From: Leucoraja ocellata
Taxonomy: Eukaryota
DNA length: 64,000 nt
NCBI GenBank assembly: GCA_036785375.1
Contig: JAWMAR010001797.1
Coordinates: 1-64,000 of the forward strand
Direction of reading: 5' to 3'
The translations under genes and the position numbers were made by a program. Shown piece after piece: positions 13,811 through 27,348 of this stretch. Positions within the stretch are counted from its first letter, which is position 1. Every line of letters starts with the position of its first letter. The notes beneath the pieces were generated by a model. The model had not been told where the DNA came from. It was given only the letters and a program-made list of their open reading frames with translations, and searched no databases.

Positions 13811-15271
13811 CCATCCAATTGAGACCACATACCTTGTAATCTTTCCTGCACATTCCCTTGCTTAATCACATAATTCCTATGTCGCTCAGACCAGAATTGT
13901 GCACAATCATTCCAATGAGGCCGAAGCAATATTTTGTTCAGCCGTTGCACGATATCTGAACTATTTTGCTGTGCACCTAGGCCAATGAGGGCAAGGGTGC
14001 CACATGCGAACGTGACCACCCTGCTTACCCGTGCTCCCCATTTATAAATAACTAATTTTTATATCCCCAAAATATCCTTAGGTCCTCGAATTCCGTGCAA
14101 GACTTTGCCACTCACTGATTGTCGTATGTCTACAGGGCTCACAAATGAGAAATGTCGTGCAAAGTACATCAGAAACGACGCAGTATAATCTTATCGTAAA
14201 TGCCACCCTGCCGCTGCGAATACGCATTTGGTTTAAACTTCTGAAAGATATTAGTATTTTCTATCCCCCACTTCCCATTCACACTACCAATGAAAACAAA
14301 CTTATTTTCAATGGTTGGCAATTCCGACGAAGGGGCCCAGGCCTGATTATTTAATTGATCTCTTTCCTTAGATAATCGTTGACCTGATGAATGTTTGCAG
14401 CCTTTTGTGTTGTTTTCCCTTATTGATGATATTTAATACTTGGGTCAATTGAGGCTTGAAGCTGGTTCTGTGTCTTTCTGCAACCGAAGTGATTTCGAAA
14501 GAGCATCCACATCTTGTGGTATAACTAATACTAAGTTTAAACTTAATTCAGCAACTAAAAACTTGCTGGGGCTCATGTCCAGGATTATCAGTCAATCACC
14601 CCCCAAAAAAGGATACTTCTTTGCTTGCATTCTATTTCTCATACCATCATCTAGTTCTTCGTGTTCGCTTGTAATGAATTCGTAGCTTTATAATAATATC
14701 TCCTCAAATATGCATTGCTGCCTGTTTAGTAGTGCAAGAACAATATGGAACTCTATCAAAACACAAAGTATTGGAGGAACGCAACGGATCTGGCAGCATC
14801 TGTCGGAGAAATGGACAGTCAACGTGTCGTGTCCAGGACCCTTTTTCGATATATTGCAGATGCTGCGCACCATGCTTTCCTCCAGCACTGTGTATTTTGC
14901 TTAAGATTAATGCGACGGCAATTTCTTATGTTTCTATTAATCTACCCCAGCAGCGAAGAACAAAAACGTACGAAGTTTCCAAATAAATATATTTTGATTC
15001 AATTCTTAACGGCAATTGCCAGACTCTGGCTCATGTTGTAGGGAATATTTTTCCGTCTGGTATATTGGATCCCAGATGTAATGATGCAACCTATCTGTAC
15101 ATTTTTGAGTGAATGGATCTATTCAGATGGTATGAAGCATTTTCAGGTCACAATGCCACCAAAACATGTCTGCTTTGACTTTCTAGGTTCAACGCGGAAA
15201 ACAAATCAACCCGTTATTTGCAGGAATTAGCGTTTATGGTTTTTCACAGTTAAATATTTTGGGGAACAGTC

Positions 15272-15370
15272 CAGCTTTAAGAATTGCAACTGTAGTTATT
15301 AAAAAGAACTGGTCGTGTCGCTGTCTACCAATGAGAAGCTCAAATGCACAGATGGATCCTTTGCCCCTCC
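15272..15370 (+). promoter_or_regulatory. Pcdh promoter CSE block
   Basis: CGCT at 15319, 261 bp before the ATG at 15580. Confidence 0.85.
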
Positions 15371-15579
15371 CACTGCCCAGAACAAAAACGTCAGACGCGA
15401 CGAGAAAGGCGAGCAGTGCCTGCGTTTTGATGGTGGGATCAAGCTGGGGAAGATAGATTTACAGTGTGTTTCCTTACGGCTTTCAGAATATATATGACTT
15501 ACATTATCTTGTAATAAGAATTTTTTAACGGATTACCCGAAGAGAGGCTTGGTTTTGGACATTCACTGACTACGGAACA

Positions 15580-17957
15580 ATGGCGTACCTACCGAGGTTT
15601 GCCTGCAATGTGTTTACGTGTATGTTACTGGTATGTGCACCGCATCTAATCACCGGGCAACTTCGTTATTCTATTCCCGAGGAAATGGAAGAAGGCGCTT
15701 TTGTTGGAAATCTCGCACAAGATCTGGGTCTGAACGTGCGGCAATTATCAGCTCGCAAATTGCGACTCGGCTCTGATGACGGTGGACGGTATATGAAGGT
15801 TGGTTTAGACAATGGGGTATTATCTATTCGTGAAAGAATCGACAGGGAACGTATTTGTAGGCGTGCAGACATGTGTACCGTGTATTTTAAAACAACACTG
15901 GAAAATCCCTCGGAGGTGTACCGCGGGGAAGTAGAGATTCTCGATGTAAATGACAATCCTCCCAATTTCGGAGACGGAAGCATCGCCTTGCAGATATCTG
16001 AAGCGATTACGCCGGAGTACGTTTCCGTCTTGAGAGCGCGGAAGATCCCGATATTGGAATAAATACTGTCACCGCCTACGCAATCAGTTCCAATGAGCAC
16101 TTTAGTCTAAAAACGCATAAAACATTAGATGGTATTATGGTAGCCGAGTTACTGTTGGAGAAATCTTTAGATCGGGAGGTGCAAACATCACATCAACTCT
16201 TGCTTACGGCGACTGACGGTGGGATACCTCAGAGATCAGCCACTGCTCAGGTTCTCATTACTGTATTGGACATTAATGACAATTCACCAGTGTTTGATCG
16301 AGATAATTATAGGGGCAGCTTAAGTGAGAACGCACGGCAAGGTGCCATTGTGATGCAAGTAAATGCAAATGACTTGGACGAAGGACTGAACGCGGAGGTG
16401 ACGTACTCTTTTAGTGATGTTGCTTTGCGAAGAGTGCGTAATTTATTCAGATTAGACCCACATAGTGGAGAGATCAGTGTAGAAGGACCGCTGGATTTTG
16501 AAGAAGCAACTAGCTATTCTCTAGATATTCAAGCTATGGATAATGGTTCACCTCCAATTACTGGACACGCAAATGTGCTGATCAAAATAACTGACGTGAA
16601 TGATAATGCACCCGAGATAAAGCTGACATCAGCCTCCACAAAAATCCCGGAAAATGCTCCACCAGGAACATTCATAATGTTCATTGATGTTATCGATCGT
16701 GATTCTGGAGAGAACGGTCAAGTCCGCTGCGAGTTACCCAAGAACGTTCCCTTTAGACTACAAACATCATCGAACCATTATAAATTGGTTACCAGTGAAA
16801 CGTTGGACCGTGAAGTAATTTCTGAGTACACATTACCAATTTCAGCATGGGACTTGGGATCGCCTTCACTGTCGTCAAATAAAACTATCCATATTGCAAT
16901 AACCGATATAAACGATAACGCCCCGCGGTTTTTTGAATCATCCTACAACGTATATGTGACGGAGAATAGTGCTCCGGGTGCATCCATTTTCGCACTAACT
17001 GCACTAGATCCTGATCAGGAGCAGAATTCCTATATCTCTTACTCTTTTGGGGACAATCGGATCCAAAACCTGCCAGTATCCACTTACCTGTCTATTAACC
17101 CAATGAACGGTACTATTTACGCGCTGCGTTCTTTCGACTATGAGGAACTCAAGAACTTCCAGATCAATGTACAAGCCCGTGATGGTGGGGTGCCTCCGTT
17201 AAGCAGCAGCGCCACGGTGAATGTCATCATCCTGGATCAAAATGACAACGCGCCGGTAATTGTTTCGCCTTTAGAACAGAGTGGATCAGTGGCAACGGAG
17301 ATCGTGCCCCAATCAGCGGGTCAAGGTTATTTGGTCACCAAAATAATAGCTACAGATGCAGATTCTGGTCAGAACTCACGACTCTTACATCAGATGGTGA
17401 AATCTACCGATCCCACTTTGTTCAACGTTGGGAAGATTTCCGGTGAAATCAGAACTAGTCGCAACATTTTGCAGTCCGATAATGGTTTACAGACTCTGGT
17501 CATCTTGGTCAAGGACAATGGGCAGCCAAGCCTGTCCAGTACAGTTACAATGAACATTCGAGTTTTGGAGAACATCACTGAAGGAATCACCGAAAGCAGC
17601 ACCTTGGTGAAGAATCCAGAATATTTCTCTGATCCAAATGTTTACTTTATCATAATTTTCAGTTGCACTTCCGTTGTGTTTCTTCTGATTATCGTTCTGT
17701 TGATTGGCATCAAGTGCAAACAGGACAGAAGTATTATCCAAGGGTATAACACCCCCAGTTATTGTTACAATCGTGGAGAGTTGCACGGCACGTTTAATGG
17801 AAGACCTGCTATAGAGGAAACTTTACGCTATCCCGGGACAGGCCGGGTTGTCCGCGTGCCGGAGCCGCATCAATACTCGGTCTGCCTGTCTCCAGAGTCA
17901 GCGAAAAGTGATTTCCTCTTCTTGAAGCCATGCAGCGCTCCCACGTCTCAGGCCTAA
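15580..17957 (+). CDS. Clustered-type protocadherin unit 3; single 1-bp frameshift near 16010 (gene with sequencing error, or young pseudogene)
   Basis: ORFs 15580-16062 and 16137-17957 join if one base is restored (gattacgccgga versus gattgcacccgga in the sister at 41044). Confidence 0.85.
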
Positions 17958-18399
17958 TGATGCGTATGCTCAAGGAAGACGCATCTTATTTGTGGTCATT
18001 TTACTCTCGAGGCATATGAATAATTCGTGAGTGAAATATTTAAGAAAATATTGTGCATGTTTTCTATTTCATTTAAAGTGAGCATTTGTTGTCATGGTAA
18101 CGAATATATAACTTTTAGCAAATAAAGCCCATCGTCTGAGAGGTATCTGTCAACTCTGATCAAATGATATTGCTTATTATTGAACAACATACATATATAC
18201 ATTGCTGCTGGATCAATCACATTAAGGATGCTAAATACATTTACTTGCCTAAAGTAAAATATACGATAAAGAATTCGACGTCAGCATATTCCATATGAAA
18301 TGCTGATAGGTACAGAGCAAATAACTAAATAACAAACTTAGAAGACGGAAATGAAAATATAAAGTGAATGAGAAACACAAGATGCGAAAGTTGATAGAT

Positions 18400-18985
18400 G
18401 AAATGATCTGGCGGGAAACTCATCAGGTGGGCCCCGAAGTGAGCTGGGATATGGATAGCTAACGTTTCAGGTTGCCCCATGCCTCCAATCTGGACTAGGG
18501 AAGTATTAGCTGGCAGAAAGCGGTAAATGAAAATGGCGAGGCAAGTGCCGGCAAGTTGAATACAGGAAAGGAAAACTTGGCTGGCAGATGGAAAACAACG
18601 GATGGAGATGGTCACATAGGCGGGAGTTAAGATATGAAAAAGGAGAACGAGATGGTGGAATCCGATAAGAAGGGAATGTGCGAAAGAAACTATAGAAGTA
18701 TGGGCAGGCAGGGCTCATGCGAAACAGTACGACGGGTAGAAGAGGATGTGAATGTGAGGACCCGTATGGATCAGCAGGAGAAGGAGGTGGGCAGACGGTA
18801 ACAGTTGGAACAATGCATGTTCAGGCCTTTGGATTGTAGGCCACACAAGCGGAATATAGGGTGCCGGTATTTCAGTTTGTATATGACCTCCCTCTGCGTA
18901 TGGAGTAAACTGAGGACATAGAGACTGCATTGGAATGGGAATGTAACTGAAAATATTGCAATCAGGAGTTCCAGCTCGCCTACCA
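18400..18985 (-). mobile_element. Ancient Penelope-like remnant
   Basis: Minus-strand LKYRHPIFRLCGLQSKGLNMH resembles the PLE endonuclease C-terminus (HLIFRLGxLQPxGMN); sister copy at ~48510-49100. Confidence 0.55.
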
Positions 18986-20619
18986 ATGACGTTCAGACCA
19001 GAACTGTGCACAATACTTCAAATGCGGCCAAAGCAGTGATTTGTTCAGCCATAACAGGATATCTCAACTATTTTATTCCCAACCTACGCTGATGAGCGCA
19101 AACGTGCCATATGCAAATGTCACCACTAGCTCCCATTTTTAAAGAACTATTTTCTTATAGCCCCAAAATATCCTTATTTCCTTCAACTCTCAGCAATACC
19201 TTGCCTCTCACTCATTATCGTGTGTCTGTAGAGCTCACAAATCAGAAACGTCATGCAACCTACAGTAGAAGCAATTTAGTATAATCTTGTCCCAACTGCT
19301 ACTCTTGCCGCTGCGAATGCCATTTAGTTTAAACTTCTGAAAGATATTAGTATGTTCTATCCTTAATTCCCCATTCACACTGCTATTGAAAACTAAAACA
19401 TATTCATTGGTTTGCAGTTCTGAAGAAGGGCCCAGAACTGACCATTTAATTGTTCTATTTCCTCATATAATCTGTGACCTGATGATTGTTTGAAGCCATT
19501 TGTGTTTTCTTTCTTCGTAGATGATATTTCATACATGGGTCAATAGAATCTTGAATCATATTCTGTGCCGTTCTGCAACCGAAGTGATTTCGATAGAACG
19601 CCCACATCTACTGGTATAAATAATACAATACACAACCTCTGAGGATCAATGCGACATTGAGTCGCTTATATGTAAATTGCACGAAGGGAATGCTTGGAAG
19701 AAGTGCACAATGAAAGAAAGGGGCACAAAGTAAATAGGAAATCACAAATCGTCCAATTTTCCTGTGCCCAACCTCCCACTGACACCTTTGTACGAGTCTT
19801 CCCATTCTATCAGCCTGATTCTCTGAATTAAAACGCGCACACAAATGCAGACACTCCTGACAGAATCAATCCAAATTTACTTTCTGATTTGTGATGGTAA
19901 CAAATGCACCTGACAATCAACTCTATTTGATTTGGAGCTGACTAATCTTTCCCCATCAACACCTTACTTGAAAGACAAAATTCCTTCACCGGTTGGTACC
20001 GTTGAAAGCGACATGTTCACTAAATCCAGCTTTAAGAAAAGTGGCACTACAATTCTTTAAGAACCGTGACACTACAAAGAATCTCCTCATATACTTACAA
20101 TAAAGCAATAAGAAACTCTCTCAAAACAAAGTATTGGAGGAACGCAATGGGTCGGGGAAATGGACAGTCAACGATCCGGTACAGGCCCCTTATTCGATTG
20201 ATTGCAGGTGCTGCGTCCCCACTGCCTTCCTGCAGCACCGTGTATTTAGTTTTAGATTGCAGCAACTTTCATTAATGGACCCCAGCAGTGAAGAACAAAA
20301 TCGTACGAAGTTTCAAAATAAATATATTTCGTTTCAAATCTTAATTGCAATTGCCAGAGGCCAACATATGATGTAGAGAGTGTTTCCACATAATATTTTA
20401 ATCAACTATTATGTATTCATTCTCAGAAGCACAGAAAAACGTTGTTCATGTTTTGAGTGAATGGATCCTTTCAGATAGTATCAAGGATTTTCAGGTCACA
20501 ATGCACTCCGTACGTGTCTGCTTTGACTATCAAAGTTAAATGCTGAAAACAAATCGAACCGTTATTTGCAGGAATTGGGGGTTATGATTGTAGACCGTTA
20601 AATATTTAGGGGAACAGTC

Positions 20620-20718
20620 CAGCTTTAAGAATTACAACTGTAGTTATTGAAACGAACTGGTCGTGTCGCTGTCTACCAATAAGAAGCTCCAGTGCACAGA
20701 TGGATCCATTGCCCCTCC
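20620..20718 (+). promoter_or_regulatory. Pcdh promoter CSE block
   Basis: CGCT at 20667, 260 bp before the ATG at 20927. Confidence 0.85.
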
Positions 20719-20926
20719 CACTGCCCAGAATAAAAACGTCAGACGCGACGAGAAAGGCGAGCAGAGGCCGTGATTTGGTGGCAGAATAAAGCAGAGAAGG
20801 ATAGATTTACCGTGTGTTTCTTTACGGCTTTCAGGATATGTGATTTTCTTTATCTTGTGGTAAGAACATTTTTTACGGATCACCCGAGGAGAGGCGTGGT
20901 TTTGGACATTAGCTGGCTGCGGAACA

Positions 20927-23305
20927 ATGGCGTACAAAAACCAAAAAACGAGGTTTGCCTGCAATGTGTTTGCGTGTACGTTACTGGTATGTGCACCGGA
21001 TCTAATTACTGGGCAACTTCGCTATTCTATTCACGAAGAAATGGAAGAAGGCGCTATTGTTGGAAATATCGCTCTAGATCTGGGTCTGAACGTACGGCAA
21101 TTGTCGGCTCGCAAATTGCGACTCAGCTCTGATGATGGAGGACGGTACATGAAGGTTGGTTCAGACAATGGGGTATTATCTATTCGTGAAAGAATCGACC
21201 GGGAACGTATTTGTAGGCATGCAGACGTGTGTACCATATATTTTAAAACAACACTAGAAAATCCTTTGGAGGTGTACCGCGGGGAAGTAGAGATTCTCGA
21301 TGTCAATGATAATCCTCCGAATTTCGGAGACGGAAGCATCGCCTTACAGATATCTGAAGCGATTGCACCCGGAGTACGTTTCCGTCTTGAGAGCTCGGAA
21401 GATCCCGATATTGGAATAAATACCGTCACCGCCTACACAATCAGTTCCAATGAGCACTTTAGTCTAAAAACGCATACAACAGAAGATGGTATTATGGTAG
21501 CCGAGTTACTGTTAGAGAAATATTTAGACCGAGAAGTCCAATCATCATATCAACTCTTACTTACAGCGGTTGACGGTGGGATACCTCAGAGATCAGCCAC
21601 AGCTCGGGTTCTCATTACTGTATTGGACATTAATGATAATCCACCAGTGTTCGATCATGATATTTACAGGGGCAGCTTAAGTGAGAACGCTCGGCAAGGT
21701 GCCATTGTGATGAAAGTCAATGCAAATGACGCGGACGAAGGAATGAATGCGGAGCTCACGTACACTTTTAGTGATGTTGCTTTGCGAAGAGCGCGTAATT
21801 TGTTCAGTTTAGACCCAGATAGTGGGGAGATCCGTGTAGAAGGACCGCTGGATTTTGAAAAAGCAACTAGTTATTCTCTAGATATTCAAGCTGTGGACCA
21901 CGGTTCACCTGCAATTACTGGAAACGCAAATGTGCTGATCAAAGTCATTGACGTGAACGATAACGCACCCGAGATTAAGGTGACATCAGCTTCCAACAAA
22001 ATTCCGGAAAATGCTCCACCAGGAACATTCATAACGTTCATTGATATTATTGACCGTGATTCTGGCGAGAACGGCCAATTCCGCTGCGAGATACCCAAGA
22101 ACGTCCCCTTTAGAATAGAAACACCATCGAAATTGGTTACCAGTGAAACGTTGGACCGTGAAGTGATTTCTGAATATATATTAGTAATTACGGCATGGGA
22201 CTTGGGGTCGCCTTCACTGACATCTAATAAAACTATCCGAATTGCTATCACCGATGTAAACGACAACGCCCCGCGGTTTGCTGCATCCTCCTACAATGTC
22301 TATGTGATGGAGAATAACGCTCCAGGTGCATCCATTTTCGCATTAACTGCACTAGATGATGATCAGGAGCAGAATGCCTATATTTCTTACTCTTTTGTGA
22401 ACAATCACATCCAAAACCTGCCGGTATCCACTTACCTGACCATTAACCCAATAAACGGAACGATTTACGCGCTGCGTTCCTTTGATTATGAGAATTTCAA
22501 AAACTTCCAAATCAAAGTACAAGCCCGTGACGCCGGGGTGCCTCCATTAAGCAGCCGCGCCACGGTGAATGTGATAATCCTGGATCAAAATGACAATGCG
22601 CCGGTTATTGTTTCACCTTCAGAAGAGAGTGGATCAGCAGCAGCGGAGGTCGTGCCCCAGTCAGCGCGTCAAGGTTACTTGGTTACCACAATAATGGCAA
22701 CCGATGCAGATTCTGGTCAGAACTCGCGGCTCTTTTACCAGATGACGAAATCTACCGATGCCACTTTGTTCAACATTGGGCAAAATTCCGGAGAAATCAG
22801 AACAGAGCGGAATATTTTGCAGTCCGATAATCCTTTACAAACTCTGGTCATCTTGGTGAAGGACAATGGGCAGCCAAGCCTGTCCAGTACAGTTACAATG
22901 AACATTCGAGTTTTGGAGAACAGTACTGAAGGAATCACCGAAAGCAGCACCTTGATGAAAAATCCAGAATATTTCGCTGATCCAAATGTTTACTTAATCA
23001 TCATTTTCAGTTGCACTTCCCTTGTCTTACTTCTGATCATAGTTCTGTTGATTGGCATCAAGTGTAAACAGGACAGAAGTATTATCCAAGGGTACAACAC
23101 CCCCAATTATTGTTACAATCGTGGAGACTTGCACGGCACGCTTAATGGAAGACCTATCATGGAGGAAACTTTACGCTATCCCGGGACGGGCCGGGTTGTC
23201 CGCGTGCCGGAACCGCATCAATATTCGGTGTGCCTGTCTCCAGAGTCAGCGAAAAGTGATTTCCTCTTCTTGAAGCCATGCGGCGCTCCCACGTCTCAGG
23301 CCTAA
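20927..23305 (+). CDS. Clustered-type protocadherin unit 4, intact, 792 aa
   Basis: Uninterrupted ORF: signal peptide, six EC repeats, TM (YLIIIFSCTSLVLLLIIVLLIGI), tail ending KPCGAPTSQA*. Confidence 0.95.
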   Translation: MAYKNQKTRFACNVFACTLLVCAPDLITGQLRYSIHEEMEEGAIVGNIALDLGLNVRQLSARKLRLSSDDGGRYMKVGSDNGVLSIRERIDRERICRHADVCTIYFKTTLENPLEVYRGEVEILDVNDNPPNFGDGSIALQISEAIAPGVRFRLESSEDPDIGINTVTAYTISSNEHFSLKTHTTEDGIMVAELLLEKYLDREVQSSYQLLLTAVDGGIPQRSATARVLITVLDINDNPPVFDHDIYRGSLSENARQGAIVMKVNANDADEGMNAELTYTFSDVALRRARNLFSLDPDSGEIRVEGPLDFEKATSYSLDIQAVDHGSPAITGNANVLIKVIDVNDNAPEIKVTSASNKIPENAPPGTFITFIDIIDRDSGENGQFRCEIPKNVPFRIETPSKLVTSETLDREVISEYILVITAWDLGSPSLTSNKTIRIAITDVNDNAPRFAASSYNVYVMENNAPGASIFALTALDDDQEQNAYISYSFVNNHIQNLPVSTYLTINPINGTIYALRSFDYENFKNFQIKVQARDAGVPPLSSRATVNVIILDQNDNAPVIVSPSEESGSAAAEVVPQSARQGYLVTTIMATDADSGQNSRLFYQMTKSTDATLFNIGQNSGEIRTERNILQSDNPLQTLVILVKDNGQPSLSSTVTMNIRVLENSTEGITESSTLMKNPEYFADPNVYLIIIFSCTSLVLLLIIVLLIGIKCKQDRSIIQGYNTPNYCYNRGDLHGTLNGRPIMEETLRYPGTGRVVRVPEPHQYSVCLSPESAKSDFLFLKPCGAPTSQA

Positions 23306-23779
23306 AGATGCGTAACCTCAAGTAAGACGCATCTTATTTGGGGCCATTTAATCTCAAGGAATGTGATTTCATTCGTGAATTAAATATTTAAGATTATATT
23401 ATTTGGTGCAATTTCGCTTTCGTTTATATTGTGCATTTGTTGTAATGGTAAAATATAATGTTTAGCAAATAAAATACACTTGTCTGAGTGGGAACTGTTA
23501 AGTACGACGGGATTCCTCTTACCTTTCATTGAACCACGTATAGAAATTCATTGCTACTAGATCAATTACGTTCAGGATCTTGAATCCATTCAAATGGTTA
23601 AAGTAATAACATTTTAAAATTACGACCAAAATATTTGTCGTGTGCATATTCCATATCATGTCCAATGTAGAAAATAACTAAATAAATAATGGAGATGACA
23701 ATAATTTCAATATATGATGCACGTGAAACAGATGAGAGTGTGGATGCTAATATCTTGTGCAAAAAAATGAACAAGCTTC

Positions 23780-25340
23780 TGGGGTCAGTAGACATCTGCG
23801 GAAGGATATGGACGGATAACGCATTGGATTGGGGCAATGTCTCAAGCGTGAAGTACAGAAGGTGTAGCTGGTAGAAATAAATAGGTGCATTGAAGTGGCG
23901 TGCTAAGAGTTGTCAAGTTGATGCCAGGTAAGGAAGGGTTGATAGTCAGATGGGGAAGGCGCAGAACGATGGGTGGGTATGGCGACTTAGACTGGAATGA
24001 ATACGTGGAAAAGAAGAATCAGATGGAATCTAATAAGAAAGGAAATTGAGGAATGAAATGCAGAACGAGAGGAAGGGATAGTGGATGGGAAGGAACAATT
24101 GAGAGGGTGGGAGATAATGATCCCAAAGGGTGAAGGGGAGGGTGAGAAGCAGAAGGATGAGACGCAGGATCAGAAAGGAGCTGTGACGGATAGGTGGAAA
24201 AAGTGATGTGCGTTGGAGGCCATGCAGATCAACAGTAGAGATGGTGGATTTGAGGTAACATGTAAATGGAAAATGGGATAATAATATAATAATAATCTTA
24301 TTTATATAGCACATTTTCAGTCAACTTGCATTGACCCCAAAGTGCTTCACATAATTACATTACATTTACACACAGGCAAAGGTGGGTGAAGTGTCTTGCC
24401 CCAAGGACACAACGACAGTATGCACTCCAAGCGGGATTCGAACCGGCTACCTTCCGGTCGCCAGCCGAACACTTAGCCCATTGTGTCATCTGTCGTCCCC
24501 GGGATGTCTATTCCGTTGGCTTGGAGCTATGAAATCGGAATATGGGATGCTGGTATTTCAGTTTAAATACCCCCCCCCCTTCTGATAATGGAGAAAGCTG
24601 AGGACAGGGAGATATGTATTACAATGGGCCTATAATTGAAGTTGTATTCGGAAACCCCAACTGACCCTGGTGGACAAAGTGCAAGTACTTGCCGAAGTGG
24701 TAGTTTCAACTACGATGCGTCTCCCGGTGTAGATTAGGCCACGTGAGGAGCACTAAATGTATTCACGAAGCTGTAAGAGGTGTATGCAACCTTCTGCCTG
24801 ACTTTGAATGGCTGTTTAGACCCCTCTGGATTTGAAGGAGAAGGACAGTAGCAGGTGGTGTACATCTCGAATTTGCACGGGAAACTGCCTGGTGAAGGGT
24901 GGTGTAGGTTTTCAGTGATGTGTCGTGGAGGGACTGACCTTCTGCAGCGAGTCGCGGAGGTACTGGCCTTCTGCAGAAAGCAAAATCGGGTGGAGATAGG
25001 AAGATGTGGCTGGTGGCTTGATCGATTTGGAGTTGGCAAAAATATTTGTGAATAATATATAAGATTGAATATTACTTGAGAAAACCCAAATGAAAAGCTG
25101 TTGGCCTTTCAGGCAGAGGAGGGGCACAGTTGAGGTGACCTCTTTAGAGCCTCTGTTCCAGGAAGCAAATGGGAGCTCTGAGGCTTTCTTAATGGGGAAT
25201 GGAAGTGACAACAGACTGGACGTCCATGATATGATTTAGACCGTGGGGCCAAAAATGCTGAAATGCATCTCAGATGTCTTAAAATGTTGATGATGGGGGA
25301 CAAGAATCATGGGCAAGATGGAGTCGAAGTAGATAAATAT
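23780..25340 (-). mobile_element. Ancient Penelope-like remnant including an RT motif
   Basis: Minus strand ~25172-25232 reads IMDVQSVVTSIPH*ESLRAL, like the PLE RT motif MDVxSLYTxIPH; sister copy at ~53890-55240. Confidence 0.6.
24280..24500 (-). mobile_element. Young tRNA-derived SINE (MetaSINE-like core, L2-type tail) with 5-bp TSD
   Basis: Reverse strand has B-box ggttcgaatccc, core gtgtccttggggcaagacactt and an (ATT)n tail; TSD gggat at 24275-24279 and 24501-24505; empty site in the duplicate near 54396. Confidence 0.85.
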
Positions 25341-25636
25341 GAGCTCACTAACACACGAATATAAAAACAGAATGGGCCTAGCCGGGGTCTCCTGTTTGTA
25401 TATCTTGAGTAGGAAAAAACGTTTATGTTGATACGATGTTGGAGCATAATTAGGCCATTCGGCCTATCAAGTCTACGGCGTCATTCAAACATGACTGATC
25501 TATATTTCCCTCTCAAACCCATTCTCCACCCTTCTCCCTATGACACCCTTACTAATCAAGAACTTATCAATATCCACCTTAAGAATATCCATTGATTTGG
25601 CCTCCACTGCCGTCAGTGGCAATGGATTCCACAATG

Positions 25637-25772
25637 GGGTGGTAGATTGCAACCTTCACGTCGTCCGCCCTGTTTCGACGAATGCAATCAACTCGGCGTG
25701 CACAAACCGAAGATCAAATAGAACAAGTTGTCCAACAACTTTTGGCTGTGCACGCCACACCAACGAAGAAGT
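25637..25772 (+). mobile_element. Short retroposed insertion with 11-bp TSD and GAA-type tail (possibly RTE-related), nested in an old minus-strand CR1
   Basis: attccacaatg at 25626-25636 and 25773-25783; ends …acgaagaag; also present in copy 2 (~55527-55684). Confidence 0.65.
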
Positions 25773-25855
25773 ATTCCACAATGAACGCTCTGACTAAAGG
25801 AATTCCTCCGTTTCTCCTTTTATTCTGAGGCTATGGCCTCTGGCACGCCTATCTC

Positions 25856-27348
25856 TTTAGATTCTGGAGTAGTTCCTGAAGATTGGCGGGTAGCAAACGT
25901 AACCCCACTTTTTAAGAAGGGAGGGAGAGAGAAAATGGGGAATTACAGACCAGTTAGTCTAACATCGGTAGTGGGGAAACTGCTAGAGTCAGTTATTAAA
26001 GATGGGATAGCAGCACATTTGGAAAGTGGTGAAATCATTGGACAAAGTCAGCATGGATTTACGAAAGGTAAATCATGTCTGACGAATCTTATAGAATTTT
26101 TCGAGGATGTAACTAGTAGCGTGGATAGGGGAGAACCAGTGGATGTGGTGTATCTGGACTTCCAGAAGGCTTTCGACAAGGTCCCACATAAGAAATTAGT
26201 ATACAAACTTAAAGCACAAGGCATTGGGGGTTCAGTATTGATGTGGATAGAGAACTGGCTGGCAAACAGGAAGCAAAGAGTAGGAGTAAACGGGTCCTTT
26301 TCACAATGGCAGGCAGTGACTAGTGGGGTACCCCAAGGCTCAGTACTGGGACCCCAGCTATTTACAATATATATTAATGATCTGGATGAGGGAATTGAAG
26401 GCAATATCTCCAAGTTTGCGGATGACACTAAGCTGGGGGGCAGTGTTAGCTGTGAGGAGGATGCTAGGAGACTGCAGGGTGACTTGGATAGGCTGGGTGA
26501 GTGGGCAAATGTTTGGCAGATGCAGTATAATGTGGATAAATGTGAGGTTATCCATTTTGGTGGCAAAAACAGGAAAGCAGACTATTATCTAAATGGTGGC
26601 CGATTGGGAAAGGGGGAGATGCAGCGAGACCTGGGTGTCATGGTATACCAGTCATTGAAGGTAGGCATGCAGGTGCAGCAGGCAGTAAAGAAAGCGAATG
26701 GTATGTTAGCTTTCATTGCAAAAGGATTTGAGTATAGGAGCAGAGAGGTTCTACTGCAGTTGTACAGGGTCTTGGTGAGACCACACCTGGAGTATTGCGT
26801 ACAGTTTTGGTCTCCAAATCTGAGGAAGGACATTATTGCCATAGAGGGAGTGCAGAGACGGTTCACCAGACTGATTCCTGGGATGTCAGGACTGTCTTAT
26901 GAAGAAAGACTGGATAGACTTGGTTTATACTCTCTAGAATTTAGAAGATTGAGAGGGGATCTTATAGAAACTTACAACATTCTTAAGGGGTTGGACAGGC
27001 TAGATGCAGGAAGATTGTTCCCGATGTTAGGGAAGTCCAGGACAAGGGGTCACAGCTTAAGGATAAAGGGGAAATCCTTTAAAACCGAGATGAGAAGAAC
27101 TTTTTTCACGCAGAGAGTGGTGAATCTCTGGAACTCTCTGCCACAGAGGGTAGTTGAGGCCACTTCATTGGCTATATTTAAGAGGGAGTTAGATGTGGCC
27201 CTTGTGGCTAAGGGGATCAGGGGGTATGGAGAGAAGGCAGGTACGGGATACTGAGTTGGATGATCAGCCATGATCATATTGAATGGCGGTGCAGGCTCGA
27301 AGGGCCGAATGGCCTACTCCTGCACCTAATTTCTATGTTTCTATGTTT
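25856..27348 (+). mobile_element. Young 5'-truncated CR1 LINE with an open RT reading frame
   Basis: ORF 25833-27254 has RT motifs (NYRPVSLTS, YLDFQKAFDKV, GVPQGSVLGP, FADD); (TTCTATGT)n tail; ctatctc duplicated at 25849-25855 and 27349-27355; empty site near 55750. Confidence 0.95.
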
